A stretch of 64,000 bases of DNA from a virus, in IMG/VR virus record IMGVR_UViG_3300032397_000002, positions 1,579 to 65,578 of that record; one strand, 5' to 3'. The position numbers and the translations under genes were made by a program. Each line of letters starts with the position of its first letter. Positions within the stretch are counted from its first letter, which is position 1. The notes under the pieces were generated by a model. It was not told the origin of the DNA, made no database searches, and was given only the letters and a program-made list of their open reading frames with translations. Positions 29,231 to 37,949 of this stretch are shown here, piece after piece.

Positions 29231-30754
29231 ATGAAACTCAGACTTGAAACACCCCTGAAACTCTACATCGAGGGGCTCGATGGGCATCGTCTCAGTGAGG
29301 TCAGGGAGTCTCTGACATTCAGAGACAAGAAGGTCCAGTACGAGCTTCAGAAGTTCAAACACGCCACCTGGTTTGTGAACAAGTACGGCGAAGAGGCCTA
29401 TCAGGCCAAGATTGATGAACTCAAAGCCAAGGAGAAGATCTGCCTCTTGAACCAAGACCCTGATGGTCGGTACTGGGTCATGTCAGGTCAGAGAGACTAC
29501 CTGGAGAGCAAGTACGGCTTGACCACTGAAGTCCTTGTGAAGTACCCAGAGCCTCACCTGATGGCTTGGCATGAGGTACCTGGCAAAACCCCCTACCCAT
29601 ACCAAGAAAAGGCCAAGGCGGGGCTCCTGGCTCGTCTGCATGCGCGTGTGGAGATGGGCACGGGTCTCGGAAAGAGCTTCATCCTCCTGAACATTGCCAG
29701 AGAGCTGGGCCTCAGGACGGTCATCATGGCCCCGAGCACCAGCATTGCCGACCAGCTCTATCAGGACTTCGTCAAGCACCTCGGCAGGAAGTATGTGGGT
29801 GCCTACTACGACGGCAAGAAGGACTTCAAGAAACTCATCGTCATTGGCAATGCCCAGTCTTTGACCCGAATCGAGGAGGGGTCACCAGCATGGGAGACCA
29901 TGAGCAAAGCCCAGGTCTTCATGGCTGACGAAAGTCACCTCTGCCCGGCCTCAACCTTGAATCGAGTCTGCTCGGGTCTCCTGGCAGATGCCCCCTACCG
30001 GTTCTTCTTCTCCGCTACCCAGATGCGGAATGATGGGCTCGACAAGCTCTTGGATGCCATCACGGGACCAACGGTCTACAGCATGACGGTCAAGGAGGGG
30101 GTTGACCAGGGTTACCTCTCGAAACCCGTGTTCCGAGTCATCAAGACCAGGTCCGACAAGAACTTTGAGTCCGACGATGCCAACGAGATGACCAGGGAAC
30201 ACCTGTACTACAACACCCTGGTCCTGCATCAGGCGGCAGAGGTCATCAACCAGAGCGTGGAGCGGCTTGGCCATCAGGTCCTTGTGCTGATTGACGAGGT
30301 CGAACAGTTCACCCGCCTTCGCCCCCTCCTGAACCACAAGACCGGATTTGCCCACGGCCCCCTGACAGCCACCACCTTCCACGAGAACGGGAAAATCAAG
30401 GCAAAGGGGAACCGAGAGTCTGTGCCCAAGGAGTACTGGGAGTCTGAGCCCAACAAGCTCGTTGACCAGTTCAACGCCGGCGAGTTCCCCATCTTGATTG
30501 GCACCAGCTGTATCAGCACGGGCACCGACATCAGGACCGTCAAGACAATGGTTTACCTGAAGGGCGGCAAAAGTGAAATTGAGGTCAAACAGGGGGTCGG
30601 GCGTTGCACCCGGAAGGTCCCCGGCAAGACCGCTTGCTCCGTGGTAGACTTCGACGTAGCAAACATCGCCATCCTGAGCAAACACGCCAAGGCCCGACGA
30701 GAGATTTTCGACGACATCTACGGGCCCGTCCAAGTCGTCGATTGGGGTTCGTGA
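29231..30754 (+). CDS. SF2 DNA helicase, UvsW-like
   Basis: GTGLGKS, DESH, SAT, QGVGRCTR. Confidence 0.9.
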   Translation: MKLRLETPLKLYIEGLDGHRLSEVRESLTFRDKKVQYELQKFKHATWFVNKYGEEAYQAKIDELKAKEKICLLNQDPDGRYWVMSGQRDYLESKYGLTTEVLVKYPEPHLMAWHEVPGKTPYPYQEKAKAGLLARLHARVEMGTGLGKSFILLNIARELGLRTVIMAPSTSIADQLYQDFVKHLGRKYVGAYYDGKKDFKKLIVIGNAQSLTRIEEGSPAWETMSKAQVFMADESHLCPASTLNRVCSGLLADAPYRFFFSATQMRNDGLDKLLDAITGPTVYSMTVKEGVDQGYLSKPVFRVIKTRSDKNFESDDANEMTREHLYYNTLVLHQAAEVINQSVERLGHQVLVLIDEVEQFTRLRPLLNHKTGFAHGPLTATTFHENGKIKAKGNRESVPKEYWESEPNKLVDQFNAGEFPILIGTSCISTGTDIRTVKTMVYLKGGKSEIEVKQGVGRCTRKVPGKTACSVVDFDVANIAILSKHAKARREIFDDIYGPVQVVDWGS

Positions 30755-30755
30755 C

Positions 30756-30947
30756 ATGGAAGACTTTCGCAAGGAGCTGGAGCAGCTCATCAATCGGTTC
30801 AGCAAGGAAAACGGCTCCAACACGCCTGACTTCATCCTGGCTGAGTACCTGGAAGACTGCCTGGCAGCCTACGACAAGGCTGTCACCACGCGCGATGAGT
30901 GGACAACCCCGCGAGAGCACGTAGAGCTTCCTCAAAGCGGCACTTGA
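30756..30947 (+). CDS. Small hypothetical protein
   Basis: ENGSNTPDFILAEYL; fills the gap. Confidence 0.65.
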   Translation: MEDFRKELEQLINRFSKENGSNTPDFILAEYLEDCLAAYDKAVTTRDEWTTPREHVELPQSGT

Positions 30948-30966
30948 CACGTGCTACAATGGCCCC

Positions 30967-32028
30967 ATGGCATTCTTCGACGACGAGACACATTTCCGGG
31001 TGTTTGCTGGCAACCTGGAGAATGCCATCAAACGTTACGAGGCCCTCCCTGAGGAAACGCTGCTCGTCAGGCAGCGTCGTCAGCTCCAACTGCTGATTTC
31101 TCTTGAGAAGAAGTTCCGCAAGACCCTCATCAAGCATCCCTGGGGCCCCAGCGTCTACCGCGACTTCGTGTCCATGATTCTGGACAAGAAGCGCAATATC
31201 TTGGCGGCCCGCCCCTACTTCCGAGAGCGGCAATCCATCTTCGCCTCGAAAATCAGCAGAGCACTCAAACGCCGGAGCGACAAGGGGCTGTACCAGTTCC
31301 GCTTCAACTACAGCTTCATCCTCTTCGTGCTTCAGGCCAAGAATTGGAAGTCGAACAAGATCGGCGCCAAGGTCGTCTCTCTTGCCAAACAAATCAACGA
31401 CATCCGCATGGAAATCATGGAGATGAACATGCCCCTGGCTATCAGCCAGGCGCGCATCTTCTGGTCCAACACACCTCGGTCCCACTTGTCCTACATGGAC
31501 CTCATTCAGATTCATTGCGGCGGGCTCCTGGTGGCCATCGACAAGTTCGTGCCCCCGGACACCAGCGAGATGTCCGAGGAAGAGGAGCTGGAGGCCTACC
31601 GGAAGTTCCGGGCTGTGGCTATCGGGCGGATGATTGGCGACCGCATCGAGCAGTACTCCGAGACCCTCATCCATTTCTACCCCGTCGACAAGAGGAAGAT
31701 TTACCGAGCCAACAAAGCCCGGAGGAAGTTCGGCGATGCCATCGACTACGAGAAGGTCTCCGCATCCGTCAACGAGGACGTCGAGAAGGCCCATCAGACC
31801 AACCCCGAAGAGATTGCAGAACTTCTGGCCGCCAGCTCCTGCGTGAGTGGTGATGTCAGTGTTGACCCAGAAGGGGAGACCACTCTGGAACGCTACGAGG
31901 CCAATGCAGAGACCAGGCCAGACTTGCAAGCCGAGGAAGCTGATGCTATCCTTGCGATGAGATCAAAAATCCAAGACCTTCTCCTACCGGAGAAGAAACT
32001 GCTACGAATGAAGGGAGTGCCGCAATGA
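30967..32028 (+). CDS. Phage-encoded sigma70-family factor (likely late sigma)
   Basis: Region 2-like NMPLAISQA...MDLIQ...GLLVAIDKF...FRAVA. Confidence 0.8.
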   Translation: MAFFDDETHFRVFAGNLENAIKRYEALPEETLLVRQRRQLQLLISLEKKFRKTLIKHPWGPSVYRDFVSMILDKKRNILAARPYFRERQSIFASKISRALKRRSDKGLYQFRFNYSFILFVLQAKNWKSNKIGAKVVSLAKQINDIRMEIMEMNMPLAISQARIFWSNTPRSHLSYMDLIQIHCGGLLVAIDKFVPPDTSEMSEEEELEAYRKFRAVAIGRMIGDRIEQYSETLIHFYPVDKRKIYRANKARRKFGDAIDYEKVSASVNEDVEKAHQTNPEEIAELLAASSCVSGDVSVDPEGETTLERYEANAETRPDLQAEEADAILAMRSKIQDLLLPEKKLLRMKGVPQ

Positions 32029-32396
32029 GCGACGATACTGGAAGGCTTGGGCCAACCGACCTGAGCATCCCCACCAGCACCTCGTTCTGGGGAGGCCAGT
32101 ATCAGATTCTGCCTGCGACCCCCAGGACCATGAACAAGGTGGTCGCTTGTACCGCCTTCCCCAAGCAGAATATCGAGAAGGTCATCAAGGGCGGCATCGC
32201 CATGATTGACAAGAAGGTGAACCTCCAGGAGTTGACTGTGGTCTTGGCCAGCGATAGCGGATTCGCTCCAGGCCAGAAGGTCTTTGTACGCGGAGATGCT
32301 GTCGTTCAGAACTGGGTCAAGGAAGTCTTCACGGTGGATGGCAAGGAATTCATCCTGGTCCCCGAGACCGCCATCATGGTCGTCACCAATGGCTAA
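32025..32396 (+). CDS. GroES-like co-chaperonin
   Basis: KGGIAM mobile loop, G.KV, VDGKEFILVPETAIM. Confidence 0.7.
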   Translation: MSDDTGRLGPTDLSIPTSTSFWGGQYQILPATPRTMNKVVACTAFPKQNIEKVIKGGIAMIDKKVNLQELTVVLASDSGFAPGQKVFVRGDAVVQNWVKEVFTVDGKEFILVPETAIMVVTNG

Positions 32397-33384
32397 GTGG
32401 CTCCTCATCGGGGATCCCCATGTTGTTGCTGAAGAGCTGGAAGACTGCCAGGCCCTCATTGACGGCATTTGCCAGACCATCGAGGACGTGAAGCCAGACT
32501 ACGTCCTGTTCATGGGTGACCAGCACCACAACCATGCTATCGTCCACGTCGAGGTCCTCGCCTTTTGGCGAAACGCATTCTGGAAGATGACCAACCTCGG
32601 CGTGACCGTCTATGCCCTGGTAGGCAACCACGACATGCCAGGCGACTCCAGCACCAAGTCTCACGCCATGCTTGCCTATGAGGGCATTGATGGCTTGAAG
32701 ATTGTTGACATGCTCATGAAGGTGGATGGGTGCCTCTTGGTGCCCTACCGACACAGCGGCCAGGACTTCATCAACGACGTCACTTGTTCCCCTGACCAGA
32801 AGGTGGTGTTCTGTCACCAGACTTTCGACGGTAGCAAGTACGAGAATGGCATGTACGCCCCAGATGGCATCAGTCTGGCAGGACTCGAAGACCGACAGTT
32901 CATCAGCGGCCACATCCACACACCTCAACGCTTCGCCAACGTGACGTACATTGGTGCACCACGGTGGCGTTCCCTTTCGGACGTCGGGGTTGAGAGAGCA
33001 CTGTTCCTGCTTGATATTACCGATGGTCGGCTGGGTTCTGGTCGAGAGAACGGCGGCAAGACCTTCGACACTGCCCAATGGTGCAGGAAGCTCATCCGAG
33101 TAGAGGTTCGCCAAGGTCAGCCCCTGCCTGACGTAACGCTCCCCAGTCGACACAAGTACATCGTGGACATCCACGGTGACCCCGCTTTCTGCCTGGCTCA
33201 GAAGTATCTTTGGCCGGGCTGCCGGGTGCGGACTTTCAAGACCCAGAACGACACCAAGTCTGTGAGTGAATCGATGGGGATTGACAAAGCAATTCAAGTG
33301 TTTATGGGCTCATACGTGCCCAAATATGGCACCGACATCAGCGTGCTCCGAACGATGGTCAACCAGAGGCTGGGCAACTCATGA
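32389..33384 (+). CDS. SbcD/Mre11/gp47-like nuclease
   Basis: GDPH, GD, GNHD, CHQ, SGHIH. Confidence 0.9.
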   Translation: MAKWLLIGDPHVVAEELEDCQALIDGICQTIEDVKPDYVLFMGDQHHNHAIVHVEVLAFWRNAFWKMTNLGVTVYALVGNHDMPGDSSTKSHAMLAYEGIDGLKIVDMLMKVDGCLLVPYRHSGQDFINDVTCSPDQKVVFCHQTFDGSKYENGMYAPDGISLAGLEDRQFISGHIHTPQRFANVTYIGAPRWRSLSDVGVERALFLLDITDGRLGSGRENGGKTFDTAQWCRKLIRVEVRQGQPLPDVTLPSRHKYIVDIHGDPAFCLAQKYLWPGCRVRTFKTQNDTKSVSESMGIDKAIQVFMGSYVPKYGTDISVLRTMVNQRLGNS

Positions 33385-33806
33385 GCGACGAAAAGACGAC
33401 TGCTGTGGACCACCTGGCAGCACTCCGGTTGCTCACGGAATGGACTGGGCAGATTTCCGAGAATCAAGTCAAAACCCTGAACATGTGGCCACTTGTGATG
33501 ATTGACGGTCTCAAATGTCATCGAGTGGCCATCAATCTTGAAGAGCGGAAGGTTGTGTACCACCTGACCATGAAGACCGGGAAGCAGCTCAAGGATTTGA
33601 CCCCCTTGACTCGAATCGAGGCGGGCGTTTGGGCCCTTCTTGGCGACACCTGGTACACTATGGTCAGAGCCGGGAAGCAGATGGTCTACGCCGGCACCCG
33701 ACGCAAGGAGTATCGTCTTGGACAATTCAGCAGCCTTGGCACGGGTCGATCTGGTTTTGACCCCAAAGGAGCAGGAAGCGTACCAAAAGTACGTCGAGGC
33801 AAATAA
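33381..33806 (+). CDS. Hypothetical protein
   Basis: ATGA-coupled to sbcD. Confidence 0.55.
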   Translation: MSDEKTTAVDHLAALRLLTEWTGQISENQVKTLNMWPLVMIDGLKCHRVAINLEERKVVYHLTMKTGKQLKDLTPLTRIEAGVWALLGDTWYTMVRAGKQMVYAGTRRKEYRLGQFSSLGTGRSGFDPKGAGSVPKVRRGK

Positions 33807-34347
33807 GCCTCCCCTTGCAGTCAGCACGGCAGCCAACTTCTTTGCCCTGTTCCTGCAGGGTCACACCTGTGAAGAGATTGCGAAACTGAACCCGGCCTTT
33901 GGGCTGGGTATCATCGTTCGTGCCAGAATCGACAACGACTGGGACACAGCCAGGGACCAGCACCTGGAGAACCTGATGGTCAACATCAGGCAGGTGGCCC
34001 AGCAGACACAACTAGGTGCCATTCGCTTCGTTTCTGACGGTCTGGCAGTGTACCAGCGCCTGGTGGGTGAGAAATTCGAGAGGTACCTGCAGTCCGGTGA
34101 CCCCAGCCAGCTGGGCGACTTCAAGGACATGGGGTTCAAGCAGTACAAGGAACTCCTGGAGCTGCTCCTGAAGCTGACGGGACAGGAGGGTAGCACCACC
34201 AAGAAGGTCACCGGCGACGTGCTCCATCGTCATGTGGTTGAAGAGGGCTCCCAGCCCATCACTGTTCGTGCGGATCGCCCGATGACATCTACCGAAGCTG
34301 AAGTGCTCCTCAAGAGGCTCGACACAGGGCCGAAGGCAAAGAAATGA
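33640..34347 (+). CDS. Hypothetical protein, candidate terminase small subunit
   Basis: HTH-like N-terminus, helical body, upstream of TerL; true start probably further downstream. Confidence 0.45.
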   Translation: MATPGTLWSEPGSRWSTPAPDARSIVLDNSAALARVDLVLTPKEQEAYQKYVEANKPPLAVSTAANFFALFLQGHTCEEIAKLNPAFGLGIIVRARIDNDWDTARDQHLENLMVNIRQVAQQTQLGAIRFVSDGLAVYQRLVGEKFERYLQSGDPSQLGDFKDMGFKQYKELLELLLKLTGQEGSTTKKVTGDVLHRHVVEEGSQPITVRADRPMTSTEAEVLLKRLDTGPKAKK

Positions 34348-34973
34348 ACCAGTTCTTTTTGAAGGTCTCACAGTGGGCGGTTTTCCTCTACCTGAGGTCT
34401 GGCCTGGCTCGCTTCTGGTACAAGCTCTACCAGCTCCTTTGGGAGAGAAGCAAGAGGGTGCCCATCCGGCGCTTTGACGACCTTGGCGTCATGGTCAAGT
34501 ACATGCGCGACATGAAGTGGCGTGCCGACACCTGGCGTGAATTGGGTGATGCTATCAGTAGCCCCGAGGCCGTCCAGTGGCGTGCTGACAACGACCCCAA
34601 GCACTTCATCGGCGATTGCGACGAGTTCGGCGTCTACCAGGCCGCTGTCATCAACAACGAGCTGACCGACAATGTGTACTGGAGCGCCCTCGGTCTCGAC
34701 CGTGCCGACCTACTGACCGTCATGTGGTACAAAATCGGTGGCAAGGAATGGGAAGGGAACCACAAGGGCTTTGGAGGCCACAACGTCTGCCTCATCTCCT
34801 ACCTGGACGGAACCTTCTCCTACATGGACTATGGCTGGCCCCAGGCCCGCCGTGAGACCATCCAAGAGGTTGTCGAGGACGTCAGGGAGCGCTACGCACA
34901 GGAGTTTCAACCGCTGGGCTGGGCTGTTTCAGATCCGCGTTCCCTGAAGGTCAAGCAGGCTCAAAGGACGTAA
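34344..34973 (+). CDS. Transglutaminase/papain-like cysteine peptidase
   Basis: GDCDEF, GHNVC, YMD (Cys-His-Asp triad). Confidence 0.7.
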   Translation: MNQFFLKVSQWAVFLYLRSGLARFWYKLYQLLWERSKRVPIRRFDDLGVMVKYMRDMKWRADTWRELGDAISSPEAVQWRADNDPKHFIGDCDEFGVYQAAVINNELTDNVYWSALGLDRADLLTVMWYKIGGKEWEGNHKGFGGHNVCLISYLDGTFSYMDYGWPQARRETIQEVVEDVRERYAQEFQPLGWAVSDPRSLKVKQAQRT

Positions 34974-36908
34974 GTGTCAGACCTAGTCCCAAGCCGAGAC
35001 GACGAGATCCGCCAGCTCCTCTTCACTCCATGTGAAACGAAGGATGCTCTGGCTAGGTGGATCCGCGTCTTCTTGGGGCCAGAGCTGTTCTTCCCTGACT
35101 GCATCGTCAGCGATGAAAGCAACAGCTCTCCCATGGACCTCATCTGGGAGGTCTACAGCAAAGCTCGCGCAAACAACGACGAGGACTTCAGCCGCATCAT
35201 GTCTTACGCGAACCGTGGCGGGTTCAAAACGTTGGGTGCTTCCGTCTTGGAGGTCCTGCAGGTCCTACATCTCCGCCGGAATGTAGCCCACATGGCCGCC
35301 ATCTTTGACCAGTCCAAGAAGAGCCAGGAGTACGTCAGAGACTTCTTCAATCGCCCATACATCCGCGACTTCCGCGTCAGCCAGAACGTCAAGAAGATTG
35401 AAATCTGCCGGTACTACAACACGGAGACAGGCCGCAGTCTCACTGAAAACGAATGGGGCGACTTGCCACCTGAGGCCAAGACGGCCTACGACAGGCAGTA
35501 CAACTACATCCAAATCGTCCTCTGTACGATGCAGGGCGCCAACTCAGCCCACACCGAGTTTCTCTGTGTTGACGAGGTCGACGTCGTTCCCAAGCAGCAC
35601 GTCAGGGCCTACGAGGAAGCCAAACACATCCCTGACCCCCGCGATGGTGTGATGCCTATCACCCTCCTGACCTCCACGAGAAAATTCAGCTACGGTCTCG
35701 TGCAGACGGAGATTGCCAACAGCTCCGAGACGGGCCTGCACGTCAGGCACTGGAATGTCATTGACATCACCCAGGCCTGCCAGCCTGCCAGACACGAGCC
35801 CGAGAAGCCCAAGCAGACCTACTACATCAACGACTCGACCCTTCGCCACATCACCGAGGCCGACTACAAGCTCCTCGACGACCAGAACCAGAAGAAGTAC
35901 TACCCCCGCGAGGGATTCGCTGGTTGCCAAAAGTGCACTCTCTTTGCCGCCTGCAAGGGTCGCCTGGCTACGCACCAGAAGAGCATGAGCACGATGCTCA
36001 AGCCTATCCCCAGCATCATCAACAGCTTCAAACAGAGCAGCGCAGCGGCAGTCCAGACCCAGCTCCTTTGTCGCAAGCCCGACGCCTCAGGCCTCATCTA
36101 CCCCAAGTTCGAGCGGGAAATCCACATGAAGACCGCCACCCAAATGGCGGAGATGATTACCGGTGAGAAACAGCCAGAGAACATGACCAAAGCTCAGCTT
36201 CTTCAGCTGATGCTCGACAAGGGGGCCAAGTTTTACGGTGGCATGGACTTTGGATTCACCCACAACTTCGCGGTCACCGTGTCCGCTGTCTTTGGGCAGT
36301 TCATGTTTATCTTCACGGTCATTGCCATGGCCAACCTGGAACTGGATGAGAAGGTGGCCGTCTGTGAGCCCTTGAAGGCCTACTCTCCGACCATCTTTGG
36401 TGACGAGGCCCAGCCGGCCGACATCAAGACCTTCAAACGCAAGGGCTTTCATATGCGCGAATGGTCGAAGTATCCGGGCTCCATCAAGGCTGGCATCGAA
36501 GTCACCCGCATGAAGCTCATGCCGGCAGTAGGGGTTCCCCAGCTCTTCCTGCTCAAAGATGACCCCGGGTGCGAGTTCCTGGCCAGCCGCATCGAGAAGT
36601 ACCACTTCCTGACTGACGCCGGCGGCTTCATCTCTGAGGAGCCCGACAAGGATGAAGACGACGAGGTCGATGCCATGCGGTACATGGTGATGAACGTTTT
36701 CGCACCCAAGGGCAAAGTCAACATTCCCAGCACCAGAACAGAACTGGAAGACATCCGCAACACCATTGCTGAGGCTACCGGAAACCTCAAGCCTGGCCAG
36801 CCGGCCAACTTCCTCAGGGAGCAAATCGCAAGCCTAACCGGCGAAAGTTCCGATTCCAGCGGTACCACCAAGACCATCCGACGGGGCAAGTTTGTCTTCG
36901 ACGGGTAA
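34974..36908 (+). CDS. terL: Terminase large subunit
   Basis: ANRGGFKT, CVDEVD, GMDFG, DDEVDAMRY. Confidence 0.9.
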   Translation: MSDLVPSRDDEIRQLLFTPCETKDALARWIRVFLGPELFFPDCIVSDESNSSPMDLIWEVYSKARANNDEDFSRIMSYANRGGFKTLGASVLEVLQVLHLRRNVAHMAAIFDQSKKSQEYVRDFFNRPYIRDFRVSQNVKKIEICRYYNTETGRSLTENEWGDLPPEAKTAYDRQYNYIQIVLCTMQGANSAHTEFLCVDEVDVVPKQHVRAYEEAKHIPDPRDGVMPITLLTSTRKFSYGLVQTEIANSSETGLHVRHWNVIDITQACQPARHEPEKPKQTYYINDSTLRHITEADYKLLDDQNQKKYYPREGFAGCQKCTLFAACKGRLATHQKSMSTMLKPIPSIINSFKQSSAAAVQTQLLCRKPDASGLIYPKFEREIHMKTATQMAEMITGEKQPENMTKAQLLQLMLDKGAKFYGGMDFGFTHNFAVTVSAVFGQFMFIFTVIAMANLELDEKVAVCEPLKAYSPTIFGDEAQPADIKTFKRKGFHMREWSKYPGSIKAGIEVTRMKLMPAVGVPQLFLLKDDPGCEFLASRIEKYHFLTDAGGFISEEPDKDEDDEVDAMRYMVMNVFAPKGKVNIPSTRTELEDIRNTIAEATGNLKPGQPANFLREQIASLTGESSDSSGTTKTIRRGKFVFDG

Positions 36909-36950
36909 CAACAATCTTAGTTTAGAACACTACCTCAGGGGTATTCGAGA

Positions 36951-37940
36951 ATGGACGCCTTCCTCAACGCAACGCTGAAGATCCTCGCCTTCGGGGACAA
37001 AAGCTTCAACAGTAACCCACGTTTGCGCTACGTGGACTGGAACCGTGACGCCAGCGGCATTCAGGTCCGTGACCCCAAGGCTGAGGCTCACACTATCGAC
37101 CCCGGCGCCACCAAGCTCATCTTTGATGGGACCAGGTCTACGAGCATCACCAGCGCCATCTTCGCGGTAAGCCTCTCCGCTCTCGACCCCAGCAGGTACC
37201 GCATCACCTGGACTGGAGGTAGCAATCCCGGGTTCCGTACCGACCGGTCGCTGACCTTGTCTGGCATCGCTGTCACCTTTTTGGTGCTGGCCAACAACAC
37301 GGCCAATCTCAGTGTCCCCACCCTGGCTGCATTCGATTTCACTGCAGTCCAGCCCGGCGATACCATTCTCATCCCTGGCACCGCTACTGGTGACACGGCA
37401 GGCCCCGTCTCACCTCTGAACAGCGGCTACTGGCAGGTCCTCGCGGTCCTGGACTCCAAGAACCTGAGCCTCTCCCGTTTTGTGGGTTCGGGCTTTGAGG
37501 CCACCAACGAGACGGTCACTCTGAGTTCCAACAGCCAGCTCCAGGCCTTCAGTACCGCAGGTGTTCAGGTCGGAGACAAGCTCGACATCAGCGCTGGGTT
37601 CGCCATTTCGACCCGCAAGACCTTTGATGTGGTCGCCGTCACAAGTTCCTTTGTCGAGGTCATCAGCACCACGGCACTGCCCCCCGAGACCGGCATCACC
37701 CCGGGTACCCAGGGCATGATTTTCTACACCGACGCCAAGAGCTTCCTCTACATCGAAGCCGACCAGGAAGCCGCACTCCGCCTGAATGGGTCTACCGACA
37801 ACAGCCAGCGCCTTTCCCCAATCGAAGCCGGCAACCCCGACCGTCCAGGGCCCTACCTCAAGAGGGGCCCGGCGTGGTCCCTGTCCATCGTCAATCGTTC
37901 CCCGGTGACCTTGAACGTGGTTGTCATCCACGCCGAATAA
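36951..37940 (+). CDS. Putative virion structural protein (beta-rich)
   Basis: Thr/Ser/Gly-rich; lies between TerL and portal. Confidence 0.6.
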   Translation: MDAFLNATLKILAFGDKSFNSNPRLRYVDWNRDASGIQVRDPKAEAHTIDPGATKLIFDGTRSTSITSAIFAVSLSALDPSRYRITWTGGSNPGFRTDRSLTLSGIAVTFLVLANNTANLSVPTLAAFDFTAVQPGDTILIPGTATGDTAGPVSPLNSGYWQVLAVLDSKNLSLSRFVGSGFEATNETVTLSSNSQLQAFSTAGVQVGDKLDISAGFAISTRKTFDVVAVTSSFVEVISTTALPPETGITPGTQGMIFYTDAKSFLYIEADQEAALRLNGSTDNSQRLSPIEAGNPDRPGPYLKRGPAWSLSIVNRSPVTLNVVVIHAE

Positions 37941-37949
37941 GGTGTCCAA

